Positions 55,673 to 64,000 of a DNA stretch of 64,000 bases are shown here, one piece after another. Numbering within the stretch: the first letter of the stretch is position 1; each line of letters opens with the position of its first letter. The position numbers and the translations under genes are program-made. The notes below the pieces were generated by a model. That model had not been told where the DNA came from. It was given only the letters and a program-made list of their open reading frames with translations, and did no database searches. This stretch comes from Pseudomonadota bacterium. GTDB lineage: Bacteria > Myxococcota_A > UBA9042 > GCA-2863065. The stretch lies in contig SXOX01000045.1 in the NCBI GenBank assembly GCA_005776585.1, forward strand, positions 53,425 through 117,424, written 5' to 3'.

Positions 55673-56101
55673 TCACTGAACGGCGTTAGGTCCGGCCAGC
55701 GTGAATGGCGCAATCGTCGCGTGAAACGTATCGCCGCTGGGTCTCACCAGGCCGTAGGTGCCGCGCATCGTACCGAAGACCGTCCGCAGCGGGCAGAAGC
55801 TCGTGTAGGCGAACGAGTCCCCCGGCTCAATCACCGGCGTCTCGCCGACCACGCCGACGCCTTCGACCTCCTCGACCTGATCCCGCGCGTCGGTGATGAT
55901 CCAATGCCGCGTGAGCAAGCGCACCGCGGTGTCGCCTTCGTTGGCGATGGTGACGTGGTAGGCAAAGAAGAACTGGTTTGCGGCCGCGTTCGAGCGTTCG
56001 GGGATGAACTTCGCCTGAACGCGAACGCGCACGCCCTGAGTCACAGCTTCGGAGGTCCCCGGCATCCCCCAAGAGTCGCCGTCTCCGGGCCTTTGCGTCA
56101 A
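55673..56101 (-). CDS. apaG: ApaG protein
   Basis: FFFAYHVTIANEGDTAVRLLTRHWIITDA...GVVGETPVIEPGDSFAYTS. Confidence 0.88.
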   Translation of the reverse strand: MTQRPGDGDSWGMPGTSEAVTQGVRVRVQAKFIPERSNAAANQFFFAYHVTIANEGDTAVRLLTRHWIITDARDQVEEVEGVGVVGETPVIEPGDSFAYTSFCPLRTVFGTMRGTYGLVRPSGDTFHATIAPFTLAGPNAVQ

Positions 56102-56127
56102 GTCGCCCCGGTGATAGAAGCCTCGGC

Positions 56128-56523
56128 ATGAGCGGTCTCCCCGGCCTGATGGGCTTACGTCACGTGGCCCTCGTGGTCACCGACATGGCGCGCATGCGGT
56201 GGTTCTACGAGTCCGTCATCGGGCTCTTGCCGGTCTGGGTCCCTGACGAAAAAAACGTATATCTTTCGATGGGCCGCGACAACTTGGCCTTGCACACGGG
56301 CACAGTCCCAGCCGACGCGCCGCAGCGCCTCGACCACCTCGGCTTCTGTCTCGCGGCTGCCCACGACGTCGACGCCGCCGCCGAGCGCCTCGTGCACTTC
56401 GGACTCGTGCTCGACAAGCCTGTGCGCACGCACCGCGACGGCAGCCGCTCGTGCTATGTGCGCGACCCCGACGGCAACCTGGTCCAGCTGCTCTTCATCC
56501 CCGACATCGCGCGCGCCGGGTGA
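56128..56523 (+). CDS. VOC-family (glyoxalase/bleomycin-resistance/dioxygenase) protein
   Basis: LRHVALVVTDMARMRWFYESV...LDHLGF...YVRDPDGNLVQL. Confidence 0.8.
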   Translation: MSGLPGLMGLRHVALVVTDMARMRWFYESVIGLLPVWVPDEKNVYLSMGRDNLALHTGTVPADAPQRLDHLGFCLAAAHDVDAAAERLVHFGLVLDKPVRTHRDGSRSCYVRDPDGNLVQLLFIPDIARAG

Positions 56524-57596
56524 CCACGCCGAGAGCCGGCGTGTGGCTCGTCTCGGCGCGCTACGATCTCACGCTGCTGGCGTTGGGCCCAGCGCTCCTC
56601 GCGCTGCTCCTGCTCCTGCCGATTGCCCTCGGCGTTTGGCCCGCGGACCTCGACGCGCCGCTGTGGGCGTATGCGCTATTCATCCTGGGCGTCGACGTCG
56701 CGCACGTCTGGGCGACACTGTACCGGGTCTATCTCGATCCCGCCGAGCTCCGCCGCCGCCGCGCGCTGTATCTCGGCGTGCCGCTCGCGACCTGGTTCGC
56801 CAGTCAGGTCCTCTACCTAGCGCACCCGGCGTGGTTCTGGACCGTGCTCGCATATCTCGCCGTTTACCACTTCATCCGCCAGCAGATGGGCATGGTGGCC
56901 CTCTACCGCGCGCGCGGCGGTACGCGTTCGACTCGCGCCAGGCGACTCGACGACCTCGCCGTGCTGACCGGCACGCTCGTGCCCGTGCTGTACTGGCACG
57001 CCCATCTGCCGCGCCGCTTCAGCTGGTTCATCCAGGGCGACTTCATCGGTGGGCTCGTGCCCGTCGATGCGTTCCCGGCCTTGTGGCTGCTGTACGGCGG
57101 GGTCGCGGCCGCGTGGCTCGTCGCTCGGGTTCGAGAGCGCGTGCTCCACCCGGGCCGCGACCTCACGATGCTGTCCACGTGGCTGTGCTGGGGCGTCGGC
57201 ATCGTGGTCCTCGACGGCGACTTTGCCTTCCTGGTGACGAACGTCCTCCTCCATGGCGTCCCGTATGTGGCGCTCGTCGGTCACGTCACGCGCGGACGCG
57301 TCACGGAGCCGGACGCACCCCAGCTCCTGCGCCGGCTCACCGGGAACGCGCTGCCGTTCGTTGGCCTGCTTGTCGTCCTCGCCTTTGTCGAAGAGTGGAC
57401 CTGGAACCGCACCGTCTGGCACGAGCACGCGGCGCTCTTCGGTTCTTCGGGACCCATGCCGGCCTGGCTGCCGGAGCTGATGGTGCCGCTGCTCACGGTT
57501 CCGCAGGCCGCGCACTACGTCCTGGATGGCTTCATCTGGCGCCTCGACGGCTCGAATCCGGGGCTGCGCGAGCGGCTGTTTGGGACCGCGACCTAG
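56520..57596 (+). CDS. hypothetical polytopic membrane protein
   Basis: GTG at 56520 overlaps the upstream stop. Multiple hydrophobic helices. The competing ORF 56456..57655 is Arg/Ala-rich junk. Confidence 0.55.
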   Translation: MTTPRAGVWLVSARYDLTLLALGPALLALLLLLPIALGVWPADLDAPLWAYALFILGVDVAHVWATLYRVYLDPAELRRRRALYLGVPLATWFASQVLYLAHPAWFWTVLAYLAVYHFIRQQMGMVALYRARGGTRSTRARRLDDLAVLTGTLVPVLYWHAHLPRRFSWFIQGDFIGGLVPVDAFPALWLLYGGVAAAWLVARVRERVLHPGRDLTMLSTWLCWGVGIVVLDGDFAFLVTNVLLHGVPYVALVGHVTRGRVTEPDAPQLLRRLTGNALPFVGLLVVLAFVEEWTWNRTVWHEHAALFGSSGPMPAWLPELMVPLLTVPQAAHYVLDGFIWRLDGSNPGLRERLFGTAT

Positions 57597-57725
57597 GCTT
57601 GCCTATCGCTGGCCTGGCATGGCATAAGCCCGCTGCGGCTCGCCGCACTCGATGACTGAAGGCCATCCCAGCTTCGTTTCTCCCTAGCACCTCCGGGGTC
57701 GTGTGCCCTCCGGAAGGAGGCGGCC

Positions 57726-59051
57726 ATGACCACGACGGCAACCCCACCGCAAAGCGACGTCGAGGCGCTGCTCGACGCGTGGCCCACGCTGGACGTCGAT
57801 GAGCAGCTCGCGCGCTTCGTGCCGCTGCCGCGCCACGAGGCCGAGGAGGTCTTCTTCGCCCTGAGCGCGCGCGACCAGGCCGCGCTCCTCGTCGGGCTCC
57901 CACATCGCCGCTCGTGGATGCGGCTGCTCGCGCCCGACGACGCGGCGGACCTCATCCAGGAGCTGGAGCCCGAAGAGCGCGAGGCCACGCTCGCTCTGCT
58001 CGACGATCCGACGCGGCTCGAGGTCATGGCGCTCCTCGCCTACGCCGAGGACGAGGCCGGCGGTCTGATGAACCCGCGCTTTGCGCGCGTGCGTGCGGAC
58101 ATGACGGTGGACGAGGCCGTGAGCTACCTGCGCAAGCAGGCGCGTGAGCGGCCGTCGTCCATGTCCTACATTTACGCGCTCGACGACCAGCAGCGCCTTC
58201 TGGGCGCGCTGTCCTTTCGCGAGCTGTTCGCCGCGCCGCCCGATCGGCGCGTCCGCGACGTCATGACCGCGCTCGAAGACCTCGTGACGGTGCTCGAGGA
58301 CCAGGATCAGGAGCAGATCTCGCACCAGATGGCGGAGTTTGACCTGATCGCCGTGCCCGTCGTCGACAGCGAGGGTCGGATGAAGGGCGTGGTCACACTG
58401 GATGACATTGTCGACGTCGTCCAGGAGGAGGCCACCGAGGACATCGCGAAGATGGCGGCGGTCAGCACTCCCGAAGCGCCGTACCTTCAGACGCCGTTCC
58501 TCGACATGATCCGGCAGCGCGGTGTGTGGCTCACTGTCCTGTTCTTGGGCGAGATGCTGACGGCGTCCGCGATGGCCTACTTCGAGGGCGAGCTTCACAA
58601 GGCCACGGTGCTGGCGCTGTTCATCCCGCTCATCATCAGCTCCGGCGGCAACTCCGGCTCGCAGGCCTCGACGCTCATCATTCGCGCGATGGCACTCGGC
58701 GAGGTGCGGCTGCAGGACTGGTTTCGCGTCGTGCGTCGCGAGCTGGGTCTGGGTCTCGTCCTGGGCACAGGTCTCGGGCTGCTCGGCATCCTTCGCGTCA
58801 TGGTCTGGGAGCAAGTCTCCCCGGGCCTTGGCGCACACTACGTCCTCATTGGCGTGACGGTGGCCTTGAGCCTCGTCGGCGTCGTCACCTTCGGCACGAC
58901 CGTCGGCTCGATGCTGCCGTTTCTGCTCCGACGCCTGGGCCTCGACCCCGCGAGCGCGTCTGCGCCCTTCGTCGCCACCCTGGTCGACGTGACGGGCCTT
59001 GTCATCTACTTCACCGCCGCCATCACCCTTCTACGCGGTACGCTCTTGTAG
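57726..59051 (+). CDS. mgtE: magnesium transporter MgtE
   Basis: N-domain, tandem CBS, then TM domain. DDIVDVVQEEATEDIAKMAAV, PLIISSGGNSGSQ, DPASASAPFVATLVDVTG. Confidence 0.92.
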   Translation: MTTTATPPQSDVEALLDAWPTLDVDEQLARFVPLPRHEAEEVFFALSARDQAALLVGLPHRRSWMRLLAPDDAADLIQELEPEEREATLALLDDPTRLEVMALLAYAEDEAGGLMNPRFARVRADMTVDEAVSYLRKQARERPSSMSYIYALDDQQRLLGALSFRELFAAPPDRRVRDVMTALEDLVTVLEDQDQEQISHQMAEFDLIAVPVVDSEGRMKGVVTLDDIVDVVQEEATEDIAKMAAVSTPEAPYLQTPFLDMIRQRGVWLTVLFLGEMLTASAMAYFEGELHKATVLALFIPLIISSGGNSGSQASTLIIRAMALGEVRLQDWFRVVRRELGLGLVLGTGLGLLGILRVMVWEQVSPGLGAHYVLIGVTVALSLVGVVTFGTTVGSMLPFLLRRLGLDPASASAPFVATLVDVTGLVIYFTAAITLLRGTLL

Positions 59052-59076
59052 GACGCCATAAGGGGACGACGCAACA

Positions 59077-59250
59077 GGGGGACGGTCCTGACATGTTGAC
59101 ATTTGATTTTCCAAAGCGCTGTCAACTGGTCGCGGGAAGTCAACATATCAGGACCGTCCCGGTCTTTGTCCCCGGTCTTTGTCCCGATGTTTCAAAACGC
59201 AGTCGATTCGTCGCGGGAAATCAACATATCAGGACCGTCCCGGTCTTAGG
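59077..59250. repeat. structured intergenic repeat element: 22-bp inverted repeat plus ~62-bp unit duplicated with 81-bp period
   Basis: GGGACGGTCCTGACATGTTGAC (59079-59100) pairs with GTCAACATATCAGGACCGTCCC (59139-59160), 1 mismatch. Unit 59105-59170 recurs at 59186-59247. CCGGTCTTTGTCC occurs twice in tandem at 59159-59184. Confidence 0.8.
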
Positions 59251-60451
59251 CGCCGGTTTCAGCCGCCATGGGTCGTAGGCAATGCTCGCTTGCCATGCTC
59301 GACCCGTAGGCGCCGGCGGGCAGCAGGGCGACCAGGTCGCCCTCGGCGATCCGCGGCAGGGCGACGTCTCGTGCGAAGACGTCGTTGGCCTCGTTGATGT
59401 TTCCAGCGACGTGAAGGGGCAAGGGCCAGGCGTCGGGGGCGTCGAGCGGCGCGCGTAGCGGCACGACCGCGAGCGGTATGCCATAGTGGGCGGCGTACAC
59501 GTTGACGTTGTGACCTGCGTCGAGGCCAATCCACGTGGCGTCGCGCCGATGCTCGACCGTCGTGACCTCACAGAGGAGCACCCCGGCCGTCGCGGTGACG
59601 AAGGTCCCGGGCTCGCACGCGACGCCGAGGTCCGTTCCCGCGAGCGAGCGCCGCAGGATGTCGCCCCACGTCTCAACCGACAGCTGCTCGTCCTCCGCCC
59701 GAAAGCGCGGGGCGAGGCCACCGCCCACGTTCAGCCACTGTACGGTCGGCACCTGCTGCGCGAGCCCGACGAGCGTCCTCACGACGCGCTCGAAGTCCGC
59801 CGCAGCCGACGCGGGAAGCCCCCATCCGAGGTGGACGTGGAGCGCGTCGATGCCAACACCGAGCGCGCTCGCGCGTGCCACGAAGCGCGGCAGCGCCTCC
59901 TGATCGAGCCCGAACTTGCTCTTGCCGTACGCCAGCTTGGCCGAGCCACCCCACCCGAGCGCCACGTCCGGGTTGATGCGCACCCCGATCGTGACGCCAC
60001 GTCGCGCGCGTTGCGCGAAGCGCTCCAGGGCCGAAAACGCGTCGAGCGTGACGTGCACGTTGGTGGCGACCAGCGTGTCGAGGTCGCGATTGGACAGCAT
60101 CCCTGCGTTGAACGAGAGCTGCTCCGCTCGAAACCCGGCCGCGAGAGCCCGCTGCACCTCGCCGGGCGAGCACGCGTCAATCCCGATGTCACCCTCGCTC
60201 CGGATGACCTCCAGCACCGGCCCGAAGCGGTTGGCCTTCATCGCGTAGAAGATGCGATGCCTCGACGGCAAGACCTCACGCAGCCGCTGGAGCTGCCGTC
60301 GGATGGTATCGGTGCCGTACACATAGAGCGGCGTGCCACGCGCCCGCGCTAGCTCGACGAGCCCCACGCCGTCGAGCGTGAGCCCTTCGGGCCCCACCGA
60401 CAGCCCCTCAGTCAGCCACCAGGGCGCGCTCATTCGTCGTAGAGAAGCCAC
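59246..60451 (-). CDS. lysA: PLP-dependent group IV decarboxylase (diaminopimelate decarboxylase family)
   Basis: FYAMKANRFGPVLEVIRSEG.IGIDACSPGEV. 401 aa. Substrate not certain, so the symbol is tentative. Confidence 0.75.
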   Translation of the reverse strand: MASLRRMSAPWWLTEGLSVGPEGLTLDGVGLVELARARGTPLYVYGTDTIRRQLQRLREVLPSRHRIFYAMKANRFGPVLEVIRSEGDIGIDACSPGEVQRALAAGFRAEQLSFNAGMLSNRDLDTLVATNVHVTLDAFSALERFAQRARRGVTIGVRINPDVALGWGGSAKLAYGKSKFGLDQEALPRFVARASALGVGIDALHVHLGWGLPASAAADFERVVRTLVGLAQQVPTVQWLNVGGGLAPRFRAEDEQLSVETWGDILRRSLAGTDLGVACEPGTFVTATAGVLLCEVTTVEHRRDATWIGLDAGHNVNVYAAHYGIPLAVVPLRAPLDAPDAWPLPLHVAGNINEANDVFARDVALPRIAEGDLVALLPAGAYGSSMASEHCLRPMAAETGA

Positions 60452-61596
60452 GGCCGACGGTCGACACGAAACGCCTCGGCCTCGGCGTCGAGCCCGGACA
60501 CGACCGCATCCAACGCGTCGCCCTCCTCGATGCGGTGGCGCAGCGCCGAGTCTCCGAGCAGCAGGTCGATGGCGATCCGATCCTGGACGAACTCATAGGC
60601 GTCCGACCGCCACTGGAATCGATCCCCGCCAAGCTCCTTGAGCGCCAACAGCACCGCGATCCCGAGCCGCACGGGCTCCAACGCGCGGGCATCATCGAGG
60701 ACGACCCGCACACCACCGCAGGCCTCACCTGCCCACTTGTCCCAGCTCGGCTGAAAGACGTGCGGCACAAAGCGCACGCCTTCGAGCTCGTCCTCCATGA
60801 GCCGCGCGGCGAGCGCGAACGGGTCGTAGAACGGCGCGCCGAACACCAGGAACGGCGTCGTCGTGCCGCGGCCCTCGCTGACGTTCGTGCCCTCGAGCAG
60901 GCACATGCCCGGGTAGACGACCGCGGTGTCCAGCGTCGGCACGTTCGGCGACGGCGGGAGCCAGGCCAGCCCGGTGTCCTCCCAGCGGAGCGCGCGGCGG
61001 TAGCTCTGCATCCGCACCGCGGTGCCGGCGCCACCGGAATACGCCCGAACCAGCTCCGCGACCGTCAGCCCGTGTCGCTGGAGCATCCCGGGGTGACCCA
61101 CGAACGAGGCCCACGCGCCACCGAGCCGATTTCCCTCGACGACATCTCCGCCGAGCGGGTTGGGCCGATCGCAGACATAGGCGGGGAGGCCGGCGGCGAC
61201 CGCGCCTTGCACCGCCCACGCGGCCGTCTGCGCGTAGGTGTAGTAGCGCGCGCCGACGTCCTGAACGTCGACAATGACTGCGTCCAGGCCCACGAAGACC
61301 TCGGGCGGAGGACGGAGCGAGGCCTCGCTCTCTCCGTAGAGGGAGACGACCTCGAAGCCGCTGACCGGGTCCACGCCGCCATCGACGGCCACCATGTACT
61401 GGGCCGTACCCCAGGGCCCGTGCTCGGGTGCCAGGAGACGAATCACCTCCGCCCCCGCGCCGCGCAAGGCGAACGGCGCCCAGCTCAGCTCGCGCGTCAT
61501 CGACGCCGCGTGGCACAGCACCCCGACGCGCTTGCCGCGAATGACGTGCGCCAGCTCGTCGCTGAGGCGATCGAGGCCGGTTCGAAACAGCGTCAC
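60430..61596 (-). CDS. DUF1343 / NamZ-like exo-beta-N-acetylmuramidase family protein
   Basis: VIVDVQDVGARYYTYAQTAAWAV and overall DUF1343 layout. 388 aa. Confidence 0.8.
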   Translation of the reverse strand: MTLFRTGLDRLSDELAHVIRGKRVGVLCHAASMTRELSWAPFALRGAGAEVIRLLAPEHGPWGTAQYMVAVDGGVDPVSGFEVVSLYGESEASLRPPPEVFVGLDAVIVDVQDVGARYYTYAQTAAWAVQGAVAAGLPAYVCDRPNPLGGDVVEGNRLGGAWASFVGHPGMLQRHGLTVAELVRAYSGGAGTAVRMQSYRRALRWEDTGLAWLPPSPNVPTLDTAVVYPGMCLLEGTNVSEGRGTTTPFLVFGAPFYDPFALAARLMEDELEGVRFVPHVFQPSWDKWAGEACGGVRVVLDDARALEPVRLGIAVLLALKELGGDRFQWRSDAYEFVQDRIAIDLLLGDSALRHRIEEGDALDAVVSGLDAEAEAFRVDRRPWLLYDE

Positions 61597-61606
61597 TCGC
61601 GGTGGC

Positions 61607-63256
61607 TCAGTGCGATGGCACGGCGCGCGGCTCGACCTTGACGGCCGGAGCGGGCGCGACGGGCGGCGTCGCGGACTTGCTGGGGTCTGGGTACTTCTTG
61701 CGATACGCGTCCACGATGGCCTTCACCTTGGGCTCGTCCGCCAGGCGCGTGTCGACATCGAAGAGCGCGTACTTGAGCGTCGAGGTCTCGGCCCCGCTGG
61801 ACTTGGCCTGCGCCTCCCGCGCGTCCTCCAGGTCGAGCTTGACCGCCGCGAGGTCCGTCTTGAGACGCACGAGCGACTCCTCGAGCAGCTTGACGTTGCC
61901 CGACTGATCGCGCACGACGGCGCCCGCGACCGGCGGAGGCGCAGGCTTGGGCTTCTTGGCCGCTTCGATGGCCTCTTCGCGGTACTTGACGTCCCGCTCG
62001 AGGTTGGCCTTCTTGCCCTCCAGGCCCTGCACGACGCCCGGATCCGAGAACGCGAAGGACTTGCCCTTGACCGTGAGCTCCAGCACCGCGAGGTTCTTGC
62101 CGCGCATGAAGGCCTCCGCGATCCACGTGTCCTTCTCTCGCCGCGCGAGCTGCTGCATCGGATAGCCCTGACCGCCCACGAGGATGCGCACCTCGGGGCA
62201 CTTGGCCGCGATCTCCTTCATCTCGGTGTCGTTCAGGTGGCCGAGCACGACGAACAGATCGACGCCGTCGGACTTGCGGCGCGCGATCTCAGCCTGCACG
62301 GCGTCGACGGGCAGGCTCATGGTGAAGCCCTCGGCCTTCATCCGCTCCTGGTTGTTGGCAAACAGCGTCGTCGTGGCGCCGATGACGGCGATCTTGAAGC
62401 CGGCGACGGTCTTGAGGACCGACGGTTGGAAGACGGGCTTGCCGTCGACGAGGATGTTGGCCGAGAGGTAGGGGAACTTGGAGCGTTTGGCGACCTTGCG
62501 CAGCAGCGACAAGGGCAGGGCGAGATCCCGGTCACCCACCGTGTAGGCGTCCAGCCCGATATGGGAGAGCGACTCGCTGAAGACGTCGGCGAGCGCCTCG
62601 TACTGATCGAGCTTGGTCTTGTCCGCCGCGAAGCTCTCCATGAACATGTCACCGGCCTCGAGGTGCAGCACCGGGATCTTGGCGGCCTCCAGGGCCTTCA
62701 GGTACGTCGCACGCCGGGCTAGACCGCCCAGCCGATTGTGTACTCACCCACAGGGTTCGACTTCGCCTTGCAGGTTGGAGCTGCCGACGATCATGAACGT
62801 GGGCCGCGTCGCCGGGAGGAGCTTCTCGGGCGCGACGAACGTGGGCATGGGCTCCGGCTGCGCGCGCGCGGCAGGCGCTCCGGGCGGTGCGGTGGGCACG
62901 GCGACGGGCGCGTTGGGTGCCACGGGTACCGGCGGACCGGCCGGCGGCAACATCGACGGAGGCAGCGCGATGGGCGAGGACGGGGCCGCGAGCTGACCAA
63001 CGACCGGGACCGAGGGCACCTGCGCGCCGTCGATGGGACGCCGAGGCTCCGTGGACGGCGCGGTCTTCGGGGGCTCCGGCGCAGCAGCTGGCGGTGCGGC
63101 CTCGGCAGGCGCGACGGCCGCGGGCTCAGCCGGTGCGGGCTCGGCCGGTGCGGGCGAGGTCTGTTTGCAGCCCGACGCGATGGCGACGGCAAGTCCCAAC
63201 AGCACCGCCTGCGTGAGACGAATGAGAGACGGGGAGTGCGAAGAGCGGCTCGACAT
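61607..63256 (-). CDS. UshA-type metallophosphoesterase/5'-nucleotidase-fold lipoprotein; one reading frame interrupted by a single in-frame TGA (62744-62746): candidate selenoprotein or pseudogene
   Basis: Track ORFs 62744..63256 and 61607..62671 are in the same frame, and the 24 codons between them are sense codons. Lipobox VAIASGC, Pro/Ala linker, then FMIVGSSNLQGEVEPCG-TGA-VHNRLGGLARRATYLKALEAAKIPVLHLEAGDMF...FPYLSANILVDG...IAVIG. Confidence 0.6.
62702..62746 (-). promoter_or_regulatory. SECIS-like hairpin immediately 3' of the in-frame UGA
   Basis: UGA GUAC ACAAUCG GCUGGGC [GGUCUA] GCCCGGC GUGCGAC GUAC. 7-bp apical stem (one U-G), 6-nt loop starting 18 nt after UGA, 4-bp basal stem. Confidence 0.4.
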
Positions 63257-63302
63257 GCGCGGACTCTACGGTGCCGGACGCTGACGCGCAAACGCCCGCG
63301 GC

Positions 63303-63992
63303 CTAATCCATTGCGGCGGCGACCGGGTCCGGTGGGAGCGCCTCGTCCGCTTCGGCGGAGACGACGTCCTCGAGCAGGAAGGCACCGGCCAGCGGCAACC
63401 CGACGACCAGCCCGGCCAGCACCAGGTACTCGCGGAGCAGTGGACCGAGCCCGGGGATCTCGCCCTGCAGGCCGGCCTTGAGCACCAACGGGAGCAGGAA
63501 CGCGAGCAGGTAGCTCATCGCGCAGAACCCGAGCAGCCGCGACAGGCCCACGCCATCCCCCTGGTACCTCGCGCGACGGACCAGGAGCAGGCTCAAGAGC
63601 GTCAGCAAGGCTGGCGTAAAATAAATGACCGCGAAGTACACCGACGTCAGCCGCAGCGGCGAGGCTTGCTCCAGCGCGCGCGCCTCGCGCTTGAGCCAGG
63701 CCTTGGCGCCCGGGCGGGCCTCGCTCGTCTCGAGCTCCTTCTCCAGCTCACGGCCCTTGGCGACGAGATCGTCGGCGAAGGTGTAGAAGCGCTTGGTCGT
63801 CTCGACGTTCTGGAGCGCGGCGACGCGCATCACGGGAGCCCCCGAGTACGGCACGACGTAGTAGGCACCGAAGAGCACCGCGCCCGCGAGCAGCAGCCGC
63901 GCGCCGAGGGGAGACGCGACCCGCACCGTGCGCACGCGTGCGCCGAGCGCGAGCAGCAGCATTCCGGCAGCGAACAGCGCGCGGTGGAGCAC
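63303..63992 (-). CDS. hypothetical membrane protein
   Basis: 229-aa ORF with about 5 hydrophobic helices. No recognisable family. Confidence 0.55.
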   Translation of the reverse strand: MLHRALFAAGMLLLALGARVRTVRVASPLGARLLLAGAVLFGAYYVVPYSGAPVMRVAALQNVETTKRFYTFADDLVAKGRELEKELETSEARPGAKAWLKREARALEQASPLRLTSVYFAVIYFTPALLTLLSLLLVRRARYQGDGVGLSRLLGFCAMSYLLAFLLPLVLKAGLQGEIPGLGPLLREYLVLAGLVVGLPLAGAFLLEDVVSAEADEALPPDPVAAAMD

Positions 63993-64000
63993 GTCCTCCC

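Noticed and set aside
54709-55713. The N-terminal 335 codons of the 609-aa ORF 53884..55713.
   Set aside because: This part is antisense to the two YeeE/YedE genes and has junk composition. The real gene starts at the internal ATG at 54708, with a lipoprotein signal.
57597-57725. An M-box (ykoK) Mg2+ riboswitch upstream of mgtE.
   Set aside because: The leader is only ~129 nt and I could not match the conserved M-box core. Only a simple SD hairpin is visible.

Overview
High-GC (~70%) chromosomal segment with myxobacterial hallmarks: MYXO-CTERM-like tails, a Hanks-type kinase and very large Cys-rich lipoproteins. The taxon call is inference only. I support about 55 genes. Housekeeping blocks are rpoZ, tmk, efp-epmA, gdh, smpB-ssrA, mtnB-mtnD, mgtE, apaG and a DAP-decarboxylase-like gene. 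They alternate with a large secretome: a 1529-aa lipoprotein of 35 Cys-rich modules, a 2533-aa lipoprotein with Cys-rich repeats, a lamin-tail domain, cohesin-like domains and a dockerin, a beta-propeller lipoprotein, three tandem NHL-repeat lipoproteins, an S8 protease and an HExxH protease with MYXO-CTERM-like tails, an HmuY-like lipoprotein and a cytochrome P460-like lipoprotein. Items most worth a second look: (1) A UshA-type metallophosphoesterase lipoprotein gene (61607-63256, minus) has a single reading frame broken by one in-frame TGA after Cys-Gly. A hairpin 3' of that TGA resembles a bacterial SECIS, so this is either a candidate selenoprotein or a fresh pseudogene. (2) A small membrane-anchored protein is made of six near-identical 16-aa Cys repeats. 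(3) An intact VapBC pair with decayed antitoxin remnants is packed against the 3' end of ssrA. (4) A structured inverted/tandem repeat element lies between mgtE and the decarboxylase gene. Most long alternative-frame ORFs in the track are high-GC artefacts. No CRISPR array, rRNA, tRNA, transposase or integrase was recognised.
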